DNA of 64,000 nucleotides from an uncultured Candidatus Saccharibacteria bacterium (lineage in GTDB: Bacteria; Patescibacteriota; JAQUNI01), in assembly GCA_964555185.1 (NCBI GenBank), contig CAZKRD010000002.1:21646-85645 (forward strand). Reading direction: 5' to 3'. Both the position numbers and the translations under genes were made by a program. The first letter of the stretch is position 1. Each line of letters begins with the position of its first letter. The notes beneath the pieces were generated by a model, which searched no databases, was not told the DNA's origin, and saw nothing but the letters and a program-made list of their open reading frames with translations. Positions 55,924 to 64,000 of this stretch are shown piece by piece.

Positions 55924-56993
55924 GAATTTTATTTATCACCCGTAAGCATCCTCCCGAGCTAGGAGGAATGGAGAACCATTCCTACAATTTGCTTACAAGC
56001 TTCAGGCAACGCAGTGATTGCCAGGTAGAGGCAATCATTTTGAATAAAAAACAGATTCATCTGCTTTGGTGGTTTCCATATGCTTTATTTGTCTCGTTGT
56101 TTCGGGCAGGAAGGGCGGACCTTGTTCATCTTGGTGATCCCGTACTTTCTCTGATTGGCTTCCTTGTGAAATTAGTTCATAAAAAACCAATTGCCGTAAT
56201 CATCCACGGACTTGATGTTACTTTTAGATTCCCTCTTTATCAATGGTATCTTAAAATTTTCGGCCGCGGGTTTGATCAATATATTTGTATTTCACGCTAC
56301 GTGCAAGAGCAAGCTCGAGATCGAGGATTTTCTCCTTCAGTTGTTATTCCGGTGGGAGTAGACTTTAAAAAGTGCAAAGTTAAAAGTTTAAAGTGCAAAG
56401 TTGAAGATTTTTTGGAGAAGTATTCATTGCCGCAAAATAAGCATATTTTACTCACGGTTGGGCGATTGGTCCAAAGAAAGGGGGTTTATTGGTTTGTTTC
56501 AAGGGTAATACCTAATCTTTCCAAGAATACTATTTATTTAGTGGTTGGCGACGGCGAAGATAGAGAGCGGATCAGGGAATTAATTTCAAAAAAGAGATTA
56601 GAAGATCGAGTTTATCTTTTAGGGAGGATTCCGGAGCAGGATCTGCGCGAGATTTACAATTTTGCCGATTTATTTATTATGCCGAATATCAAAGTCAAGA
56701 ATGATATGGAAGGTTTTGGTTTAGTGGCACTCGAAGCGGGGTTGAACGGATTGCCTGTTATCGCTTCCGGCATCGAGGGGATCAGAGATGCGATTCAGGA
56801 TAATGAGAACGGCTTTTTACTTCCAGAAAAAGACGGCTTGGCTTTCGAAGAGAAGATTGCAAATTTACTTTCTAAAAAGGATTATCGTGAGGAGTTTGGT
56901 CACCGAGCAAGGAAGTACAACCAAAAGCATTATGATTGGAAAGTAATTGCCGGGAGATACTTAGAGGCGTTTTTAAAAGCACAAAAAGCATGA
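55905..56993 (+). CDS. GT4 family glycosyltransferase (GT-B fold)
   Basis: The C-terminal Glycos_transf_1 pattern (LLTVGRLVQRKG...MPNIKVKNDMEGFGLVALEAGLNGLPVIAS). It contains an in-frame repeat-derived KKCKVKSLKCKVED segment. Confidence 0.8.
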   Translation: MARKSMRILFITRKHPPELGGMENHSYNLLTSFRQRSDCQVEAIILNKKQIHLLWWFPYALFVSLFRAGRADLVHLGDPVLSLIGFLVKLVHKKPIAVIIHGLDVTFRFPLYQWYLKIFGRGFDQYICISRYVQEQARDRGFSPSVVIPVGVDFKKCKVKSLKCKVEDFLEKYSLPQNKHILLTVGRLVQRKGVYWFVSRVIPNLSKNTIYLVVGDGEDRERIRELISKKRLEDRVYLLGRIPEQDLREIYNFADLFIMPNIKVKNDMEGFGLVALEAGLNGLPVIASGIEGIRDAIQDNENGFLLPEKDGLAFEEKIANLLSKKDYREEFGHRARKYNQKHYDWKVIAGRYLEAFLKAQKA

Positions 56994-58033
56994 AAATAGC
57001 AATAGTATTCCCTCGTCTTTCTGGTCCTTATGGTGGTGAGAAGATTTTGATTCAAGTTAGTGACGAACTGGTAAGATTGGGGCATAAAATCACCCTTTAT
57101 GTTTATCAGTACAACAAAATTTGCGGGAAATACCTGAATCCCGAGATTCGGGTTTCAGCTGTCGGGGCCCTGACTTTTGGAAAACACAATTTGGATACTT
57201 TTTTGGCCTATCTTTCTATGCCTTATTTAGCCAGTAAGGTTAAAGGTGAATATGATCTGATTTTGGGGATGACCTGGCAGTCGGCTTTTGCCCTTTGGTG
57301 GATCAAGAAATTTAGAAAGCGCTTTAGGACCACTCCTTTGATTTATCATTGCTTCGAGCCGCCGCGTTTTATTTATGATTTACAAACCGTAACCGGCAAT
57401 TCCATTTTAGCCCGAATGATTGCTCCTTTAATTAAGTGGTTAGACAAAATATCGGTTCAGAGTGTTCGCGAGATTATTAGTATTTCAGATGACATTCAAA
57501 AGCAGGTCAAACAAATTTACGGCCGTGATTCATTTAAGGTTTATCCCGGGGTGGAGATTGAACGTTTTCAAAAGTATACTAAATCTGAAGCGCGGAAAAG
57601 CTTGGGGATTCCGGAAGGGCAGGAAGTGTTTTTGTCAATTTCTAAATTACATCGCCGCAAAAGACTTGATCAGGCTTTAAAGATTTTTTTAAAAAAGCGC
57701 CGTAATAAAAGTTCCGTGTTTTTCATCGCTGGACGAGGACCAGAGGAGGATCGATTAAGGGCGCAGGCTCGCCGGATGAAACTGGAGTGGACGGTCAAAT
57801 TCATTGGTGTTGTTTTGGGAGACAAGACCGTGCAGTACATGGCTGCCTGCGATTATTTTATTTTCACGGCCTTAAACGAACCCTTTGGCATTGCCCCCTT
57901 GGAAGCAAAAGTAGCAGGCGCCAAAGTGATCCCCAAAGAACGGCCCTACCCGATCATTAGCTGGAGAGAGTCAGTAGGAGAATTGAATAAGATTTTTCTA
58001 ATTGGCCGAAGTTCCTTGCTTACTGGTGGATAG
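56990..58033 (+). CDS. GT4 family glycosyltransferase
   Basis: MKIAIVFPRLSGPYGGEKI... and a C-terminal EPFGIAPLEAKVAGAKVI. Overlaps the previous gene by 4 nt (ATGA). Confidence 0.75.
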   Translation: MKIAIVFPRLSGPYGGEKILIQVSDELVRLGHKITLYVYQYNKICGKYLNPEIRVSAVGALTFGKHNLDTFLAYLSMPYLASKVKGEYDLILGMTWQSAFALWWIKKFRKRFRTTPLIYHCFEPPRFIYDLQTVTGNSILARMIAPLIKWLDKISVQSVREIISISDDIQKQVKQIYGRDSFKVYPGVEIERFQKYTKSEARKSLGIPEGQEVFLSISKLHRRKRLDQALKIFLKKRRNKSSVFFIAGRGPEEDRLRAQARRMKLEWTVKFIGVVLGDKTVQYMAACDYFIFTALNEPFGIAPLEAKVAGAKVIPKERPYPIISWRESVGELNKIFLIGRSSLLTGG

Positions 58034-58108
58034 GCAAACAGATTCAGACTTTGGAATTTGAAGCTTGAGATTTATTTGTCATTTTTAATTTGGAATTCAT
58101 TCTAGTTT

Positions 58109-60100
58109 ATGTTTCAAAAAGTAAACCCTTTAAACCGTCCTAAAAGTTTGGAAGCGGTAGTCCAGGAATTCTGCCTTTATTTTGTAATTTTTCTTTTTGG
58201 TTTGTTTGGCCTGGCTGTTTTGGGTATTTTTCATAAGTGGCTTGTTATTTCGTTTTTTGTTTTGTTTTTGCTGGTTTCGGTTTTAAAAATTTATTATCTT
58301 TATTTATTTCGTAGAGTTAAAGTAGTCCGTTTTCACAGATGGATTTTTGTTTTGATCATTGTTGTTACTCTGTTTAATGCTTTTTATCATCATGACGTTC
58401 CTCTTTCGCGTGATAATGCCGGTTATTTGACGGCGGGGATTATGCTCGCCAGAGCGGATAAACTGCATTTTTATGATATTATTTCGCGCCCTTTTAATCC
58501 GTTCCGGGAGGCTGATTTGGGGGAGGATGTTTATACTTCTCAATTTTTACCTGGGTATAATGCTTTTTTGGGTTTTTGGTATGACTTGGGCGGACTCCCC
58601 TTGCTTTTCTGGGGGAATTTAACCCTCTTGTTTCTTTTTTTAATTTGTTTTTACGGAGCGGCTTGCAATCTCGGCTCGCGCAGGATTGCTCTCTTTGCTC
58701 TTCTTTTCCTGATTACTTTTTATGCTTTCCTTTGGTTTCCGCGCCGCACTAATTCGGAAAATCTGGTAGTGTTTCTGCTTTGGTTGTCAATCTGGCTTTT
58801 CTTGCGGGGATTCAAGCAGGCCAATCTGCGACGGGCTTTTCAGAGCTTACTGCCTATTTCTTTGATTGTTTTGGTGCGCGGCGAGGGCTTGGTTTATCTG
58901 GCGGTTTTTCTATTCGCTTGTTTGATTCTCGGTTTAAAAAAGAGAAAACTGCTGCTTGCCAGAAAGAGCATCCTCTTGCCTTTAATTTGGGTCCCTTTGG
59001 TTTTGGCCTTGTTTTTCTATTATGTGGATTTTTATCAAGGCGGTTATGTTTTTGAGCACGGCCTTTCCCTTTTTTATACGATCACGGACTTTTTGAAGGC
59101 GCCTTTCGTCCTCGTGGTCTTGGTCTTGGTTTTGGCCGGGCTTTACGTCGCTTATCTGTTTTTAAAACGTTCCCTGGCGAAAAAAAAGAGAAAATTCTCT
59201 CACAAACTGCAGTTGGGGCTTGCTTTTCTTTTAGTTCTTCTTGTCTTTGTGAACTTGCTTGTAATCTATTATTATCATTCTTGGAAAGAATTATTCAATT
59301 GGCAGATTTACCGCACCCAGTATGTTTTTATCATTCTGGGTAAATATTTCCTTTTTCCTTATTTGATTATTTTTATCTTGGGTCTTTTAGGCAGAGGAGT
59401 TTTTAAAAAAGAACTTTTGATCTCGCTTTTCCTTGTCTCGCCAAGTATTATTTTTTTCCTTGATCCTTTTGTCGGCTTGGATCAGCCTTGGTTTCTAAGG
59501 CGCTTCTATCCGGCGGCGATCCCCTTTCTTTTTATCTTGGGCGCTTTGGGTTTGTTTAATCTAGGAATCAAAAAGAAACACAGAAATTTGATCCTGGTTT
59601 TGCTTTTGATCGCGAATCTCTGGGTCTCCTGGCCAATTATCTTTTTTTCCGAGTATGACGGGATGGGAAAGCAGCTTTCTGATTTTGCTTCCCGCTTTGA
59701 GCCTGACAGTTTGATTTTAATGGATCCGGGTTGGCAGTGGCAGCAATGGGGTTATACCTTGCATTATATCTATGGTTACAATGTGGTGCCGAAGCTGGAT
59801 GGATTTCAGGATCAGGAATTTGGCAAGCTGCTCGCTTCCTATGACAAGATCTATGTTGTGAGCCGCAAGCCGCAGAACATTTTCGGTCATCCTGATATCC
59901 CTGATGACAAACTCAAATATTTTTTCGAAACTCAAATTTATTATCCGACCATAGTCCGGACCTGTAAGATTACCAGCCACGTGGTTAAAAATGAAGATCG
60001 GGTCAATGCCAAAAAAGTTTTGACCATTTACCGCACGGCCCTGCCTCGAGAGAGGGACATTGAAGCGTATAATCTTTATGTTTATCAGTATCAGAAATAG
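58109..60100 (+). CDS. large polytopic membrane protein, probable GT-C-type glycosyltransferase (ArnT/PMT-like) with a C-terminal soluble domain
   Basis: A 663-aa protein with ~11-13 TM helices in the first 520 aa, then a soluble domain. Its placement among glycosyltransferases suggests GT-C, but no catalytic motif is confirmed. Confidence 0.5.
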   Translation: MFQKVNPLNRPKSLEAVVQEFCLYFVIFLFGLFGLAVLGIFHKWLVISFFVLFLLVSVLKIYYLYLFRRVKVVRFHRWIFVLIIVVTLFNAFYHHDVPLSRDNAGYLTAGIMLARADKLHFYDIISRPFNPFREADLGEDVYTSQFLPGYNAFLGFWYDLGGLPLLFWGNLTLLFLFLICFYGAACNLGSRRIALFALLFLITFYAFLWFPRRTNSENLVVFLLWLSIWLFLRGFKQANLRRAFQSLLPISLIVLVRGEGLVYLAVFLFACLILGLKKRKLLLARKSILLPLIWVPLVLALFFYYVDFYQGGYVFEHGLSLFYTITDFLKAPFVLVVLVLVLAGLYVAYLFLKRSLAKKKRKFSHKLQLGLAFLLVLLVFVNLLVIYYYHSWKELFNWQIYRTQYVFIILGKYFLFPYLIIFILGLLGRGVFKKELLISLFLVSPSIIFFLDPFVGLDQPWFLRRFYPAAIPFLFILGALGLFNLGIKKKHRNLILVLLLIANLWVSWPIIFFSEYDGMGKQLSDFASRFEPDSLILMDPGWQWQQWGYTLHYIYGYNVVPKLDGFQDQEFGKLLASYDKIYVVSRKPQNIFGHPDIPDDKLKYFFETQIYYPTIVRTCKITSHVVKNEDRVNAKKVLTIYRTALPRERDIEAYNLYVYQYQK

Positions 60101-60191
60101 TGTAAAACGTAAAGCTTAAAACGCAAAACAACAGCTTAAAACTTAAAAGTTTTAAATTTGGACTTTATTAATTATATATTTTACAGTTTAT

Positions 60192-61382
60192 ATGATTCAG
60201 AAAAATATCAAGATAGCCTTATTTTCCAATACCTTTGGCCTCCGCGATGCAATGGGCAAACATGTGCACCTAATTAAAAAAATATTCCCAAAGGCCCAGA
60301 TTTTTTTGGAGCGAGGGAGCGGTGATCCAAGTGTTAAAACTCACAATTATTATTTTGTGAGAAGGTATCCCTTTATGAGTCTTTATATGCTGGAATGGAA
60401 GTTGGGTCGCAGTTTAAAGCTGTTAGAGTGGTTATTTCTGCCCTTAGAAAAATTGGTTTTCTCCTGGGAGGCAAAGAAACTTGCTGACTTTGACGTAATC
60501 TGGGTCCAATGGGGACTTTATCATAAAGCAATCCATCTCTTACCAGCTTTGGCTAAGTTTCCTAAGGGGCCAAAGCTGATTTTTGACTATCACGGGGTGA
60601 CCCCGCCAAAATATATTTTATCGCGCGGCAAGCGGCTGATTGCGGAAAAGACGATTAAAACAGTTTTAAAGGGCGCGGACCATGCGGATTTCTGTTTGGT
60701 CCGTTCCCATTTTATGGCAAGAGAATTGAAAAAGATTGCTCGCCCCAAGAAGATTATTTTCAATCCATTGCCTTTTATCGGAACTCCCCTTTCTTCCTGT
60801 TTGGAAGATCTGCGGAAGAAATACAGACTGGAGGATAAAAAGATTATTTTGTATGTTGGCCGCATTTCTGCCCATAAGAATTTAAGGGTGGTAATCCGCG
60901 CTTTGAAGCTTTTGGCCAGAGAGGATGTTGTTTTTGTTGTGGTCGGTAATTACCGACACCGTTCTTTAGCTCGCGAAAAAGATCGGTTGGTCGCCTTGGC
61001 GCGGGTTTCCAGAATACCGCATCGTGTTATCTTTACTGGCGAATTATCAGAGGAAAGATTGCTTTGCTGGTACCAGACAGCAGATTTTTTTGTGATCCCG
61101 AGTCTGCATGAAGGCTTTTGCTGGCCCTTGGTTGATGCGATGACTTATCGGAAGCCAATCTTGGCTTCCCGTTTCGGCGCGATTCCGGAAACAGTCGGAG
61201 AGGCGGCCCTTTTTTTTGATGCTCGTGATCCGCGAGATTTGAAAGCGAAGATTCAAAAACTGCTTGGCGATCAAGGCTTGCGGGATGAATTAGTCAGGCG
61301 GGGACAGGAAAAGGTTAAAGAGTATAGCTGGGAGAGGTATAAGAAGGATCTAAAGAGTATTCTTTTTAATAATAACCAATAA
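60192..61382 (+). CDS. GT4 family glycosyltransferase
   Basis: VGRISAHKNLRVVIRALKLL...FVIPSLHEGFCWPLVDAMTYRKPILASRFGAIPETVG (EX7E-type motif). Confidence 0.8.
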   Translation: MIQKNIKIALFSNTFGLRDAMGKHVHLIKKIFPKAQIFLERGSGDPSVKTHNYYFVRRYPFMSLYMLEWKLGRSLKLLEWLFLPLEKLVFSWEAKKLADFDVIWVQWGLYHKAIHLLPALAKFPKGPKLIFDYHGVTPPKYILSRGKRLIAEKTIKTVLKGADHADFCLVRSHFMARELKKIARPKKIIFNPLPFIGTPLSSCLEDLRKKYRLEDKKIILYVGRISAHKNLRVVIRALKLLAREDVVFVVVGNYRHRSLAREKDRLVALARVSRIPHRVIFTGELSEERLLCWYQTADFFVIPSLHEGFCWPLVDAMTYRKPILASRFGAIPETVGEAALFFDARDPRDLKAKIQKLLGDQGLRDELVRRGQEKVKEYSWERYKKDLKSILFNNNQ

Positions 61383-61474
61383 CCAAACTCCAATAACCAA
61401 TAATCAAACAGCTTGATTATTGGTAAACCCGCTTCTAACTTCGCTAAGCGAGCGCGAGGCGAGTTGGTAATTAT

Positions 61475-62704
61475 ATGAATATTGTCTTCCTAACTAAATA
61501 CTTCCCCCCGGATAGCATTGGCGGCGGCGAGATTTCCGCCTATTATTTAGCAAAGAGTTTGAGCGCGCGCGGCCACCGTCTTACAATTCTTAAAAAAGGG
61601 AAAGAGAATAAGAAAGGATTTAAGCGAGAGGGCCTAGAAATTTTAGAGCGCAAAGATTTGTTTACGAAAGAGGTTCCTAATTTCGAAAAAAGATGGGCTA
61701 AAAGCCGGGCCCCTATTTTAGCAAGTCAGATTCCAAAAGGCACTGATCTTATTCATGCCCACGATTTTCATTCGGCTTTAATTCTTTCCGAACTGAAATT
61801 GAGCGGTAGTTTCCAAAAATCCACGGTTGCGACGATCCGTGATTACTGGCCGGTCTGCGGTTATGGAAAAGTGAGAATGGATGCTAGCGTCTGTCCGGGC
61901 TGTGTTACCTGGCGTGATTTTAGACACTGCCCAAAGGTTGTCCGCGGCAATTTGATCCAAAAATTTGTCCGCGCTTTCCGTTATCATCATAATATTCCCT
62001 ACCGCCAAAGAGCTTTATCTGCAATAGATCAGATTGTTTATATCAGCAAAGCCTTAAAACAGGAGATCGCAAATTCCAAAAACCAAACTTCGGGCCAAAG
62101 GGGTTATGTTGTTTATAATCCGATTCCTCTTGATTGGCATCGTGGCGAAATTCCTTCAAAATCCGATGGTAAAACCCTGCTTTTTGCCGGCCTCCTTGAT
62201 CTGCATAAAGGCTTTGATGTTTTACTGCGGGCGCTTAAAATCGTTAAAGAAAGCAAGGTTGAGTTCAAACTTACCGTAGCAGGCACAGGGCAATCCTTTT
62301 TGCAATACAAGAGATTGGCTTCTAAGCTTGGGATTAAATCTAGGGTAAATTTTTTAGGCCGGATCCCTTATCGCTTGATGCGGGATCTTTACCGCAAGTC
62401 AGATATTGTAGTTGCTCCTTCGTCTTGGCCCGAACCTTTTGGCCGCACAGTGATTGAAGGAATGCTTTTGGCTTGTGCGGTAATCGCCACCGATCACGGC
62501 GCGCCGCCGGAATTTATCCAAGACAACGAAAACGGCATCCTGGTCAGACCGCGCGACTCTGAAGGATTGGCAGAGAAAATTATTCTGCTTTTAAAAAACC
62601 CTGGTTTGCGGAAAAGATTGGGAGCAGAAGCGAGAAAATACGTACTCAATCATTTCGATCCAGACAAAATCGCTAAACAATATGAGACGATCTATTGCAA
62701 TTGA
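61475..62704 (+). CDS. GT4 family glycosyltransferase with a Cys-rich insertion
   Basis: MNIVFLTKYFPPDSIGGGEI... and VVAPSSWPEPFGRTVIEGMLLACAVIAT. It carries the insertion CGYGKVRMDASVCPGCVTWRDFRHCPK. Confidence 0.8.
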   Translation: MNIVFLTKYFPPDSIGGGEISAYYLAKSLSARGHRLTILKKGKENKKGFKREGLEILERKDLFTKEVPNFEKRWAKSRAPILASQIPKGTDLIHAHDFHSALILSELKLSGSFQKSTVATIRDYWPVCGYGKVRMDASVCPGCVTWRDFRHCPKVVRGNLIQKFVRAFRYHHNIPYRQRALSAIDQIVYISKALKQEIANSKNQTSGQRGYVVYNPIPLDWHRGEIPSKSDGKTLLFAGLLDLHKGFDVLLRALKIVKESKVEFKLTVAGTGQSFLQYKRLASKLGIKSRVNFLGRIPYRLMRDLYRKSDIVVAPSSWPEPFGRTVIEGMLLACAVIATDHGAPPEFIQDNENGILVRPRDSEGLAEKIILLLKNPGLRKRLGAEARKYVLNHFDPDKIAKQYETIYCN

Positions 62705-62819
62705 AACACAAAGGCCAAAATGCAAAAAAGACATGAAACTTTTTAAGCTATTAATTTCATTTTGACTTTCCCTCGACCTGAGGCTCAGGACTCGAAGGTT
62801 GATTTTTGAATCATATATT

Positions 62820-63926
62820 ATGTTAATAGGTATTGACGCTTCTCATGCCTTCCTGGAATGTAGAATGGGCGTTGAGGAGTATTCCTATCAAATTATCAAA
62901 GCGCTTGCCAAACTCGATCATAAAAATCGATATATTTTATATTTGAACGGGATCAGGAACAAAGCCAGTATCCAGGGAATAAAATGGCCTGGCAGTTTTC
63001 AATTTAAGAATATTCCTCTAAAACGTTTCTGGACTCATTTACGTTTAGGGTTCCGGGCCAGAGCCGACCGCGTTGATGTTCTGTTTATTCCAGCCCAAGC
63101 AATGCCGGTTATTCCTTTGTCTAAAACCGTGGTTACTCTGCATGGTTTGGAGTATGAGCATTATCCTGAAAGCTATTCTTGGAAGCGACGGATTTATCTG
63201 AAGGCCACAACCCGCTACAGCTTAAAGCATGCCCGGAGCATTATTGCGGTTTCGCGAAATACAAAGAACGATTTAGTCAAAATGTATCAAGGCAAGCCGG
63301 ATAAAATCAAGGTAGTCTATCATGGATTTGACGCGCCGTTTCAGATCACGGATGGAGTTTCTAGTTTTTCTTCGCTTCCAGCTATTCGCAAACCGTATAT
63401 CCTGGCACTTGGCCGCTTGGAGCAAAGAAAGAATATTGTGGGGTTAGTTAAGGCTTTTGATCAATTTAAAAAAGAAAGTAATTGGAGCGGCCAATTGATT
63501 TTGGCCGGCAAGCCCGGTTTTGGTTATCAGGAAATAAAAAAGGCGATTACAGATTCTCTTTTTAGCGAGGATATTATTGAGAAGGGTTATGTGGCAGAAG
63601 AAGAGAAATGGGCTTATCTCAAAAAAAGCGCCCTTTTTGCTTTTCCTTCTTTGTATGAAGGGTTCGGCCTGCCGATCTTGGAGGCTTTTGTCGCTGGGGT
63701 TCCGGTCATTGCTTCCAATGCCGCTTCGATTCCAGAAGTGGGCGGTTCTGCTTGTCTTTATTTTAATCCTGATAATACTTTGGAAATCAGCAAAAAGATT
63801 TCTTTGGTTTTAGGAAGACAGGATATCAGGGAGCGCTTAATCAAAAAAGGATCGGAGCGGCTTGCCGAGTTTAGTTGGGAAAAGTGCGCCCGGGAAACCC
63901 TAAAGGTTTTAGAGTCAGCAGCATAG
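62820..63926 (+). CDS. GT4 family glycosyltransferase
   Basis: MLIGIDASHAF... and the C-terminal ILALGRLEQRKN...FAFPSLYEGFGLPILEAFVAGVPVIAS. Confidence 0.8.
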   Translation: MLIGIDASHAFLECRMGVEEYSYQIIKALAKLDHKNRYILYLNGIRNKASIQGIKWPGSFQFKNIPLKRFWTHLRLGFRARADRVDVLFIPAQAMPVIPLSKTVVTLHGLEYEHYPESYSWKRRIYLKATTRYSLKHARSIIAVSRNTKNDLVKMYQGKPDKIKVVYHGFDAPFQITDGVSSFSSLPAIRKPYILALGRLEQRKNIVGLVKAFDQFKKESNWSGQLILAGKPGFGYQEIKKAITDSLFSEDIIEKGYVAEEEKWAYLKKSALFAFPSLYEGFGLPILEAFVAGVPVIASNAASIPEVGGSACLYFNPDNTLEISKKISLVLGRQDIRERLIKKGSERLAEFSWEKCARETLKVLESAA

Positions 63927-64000
63927 AAAGTTCACTTCTACCTTGCCTTGGCAAGGGTTATTGATTGTTGTATTTATATGCTGTTTTTTATTTAAATCTC

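Overview
This window reads as a small-genome, fermentative bacterium, possibly of the Candidate Phyla Radiation / Patescibacteria type. That placement is an inference from four things: L30 is absent between S5 and L15, the acetate kinase is compact, tandem type IV pilin genes are present, and an OFOR + AckA + PduL module is present.

The plus strand carries:
- An r-protein operon (S3, L16, L29, S17, L14, L24, L5, S14Z, S8, L6, L18, S5, L15, secY, adk, map), followed by ruvX and a GT2 instead of the usual infA..rpoA tail.
- galT and a small membrane protein.
- A glycolysis block (tpiA, fba, gap, pgk), ctpA and rplI.
- An Ada-like zinc protein and iscS/iscU.
- The AmmeMemoRadiSam triad (amrS, amrB, amrA), then priA, def and fmt.
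- At the right end, a large cell-surface glycan cluster: flippase, GT2, nucleotidyltransferase, SDR, two GT4, a GT-C-like membrane protein, then three more GT4.

The minus strand carries:
- rpmA, a lone XerCD-like integrase, an M23 peptidase and gltX.
- A GT2 and a 2H phosphoesterase (LigT/ThpR).
- rnhA, recJ, a three-subunit 2-oxoacid:ferredoxin oxidoreductase, ackA and pduL.
- Three type IV pilin genes, two of them a near-identical tandem duplicate.
- murD, a nucleotide-sugar block, mraY, a DacA-like carboxypeptidase and scpB.

Almost every intergenic gap is filled by a few families of short palindromic (MITE/REP-like) repeats, including inside the otherwise conserved r-protein operon. One copy is inserted in-frame in a GT4 gene. 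No rRNA, tRNA or CRISPR array was recognisable.

The items most worth follow-up are:
- A ~600-nt promoter-to-terminator unit of unknown nature between gltX and a GT2 gene.
- An unannotated Trp-rich 40-aa ORF with a consensus Shine-Dalgarno (SD) inside the AmmeMemoRadiSam locus.
- A 36-bp inverted motif just upstream of both murD and dacA, bracketing a 5.7-kb block.
- The pilin tandem duplication with diverged C-termini.
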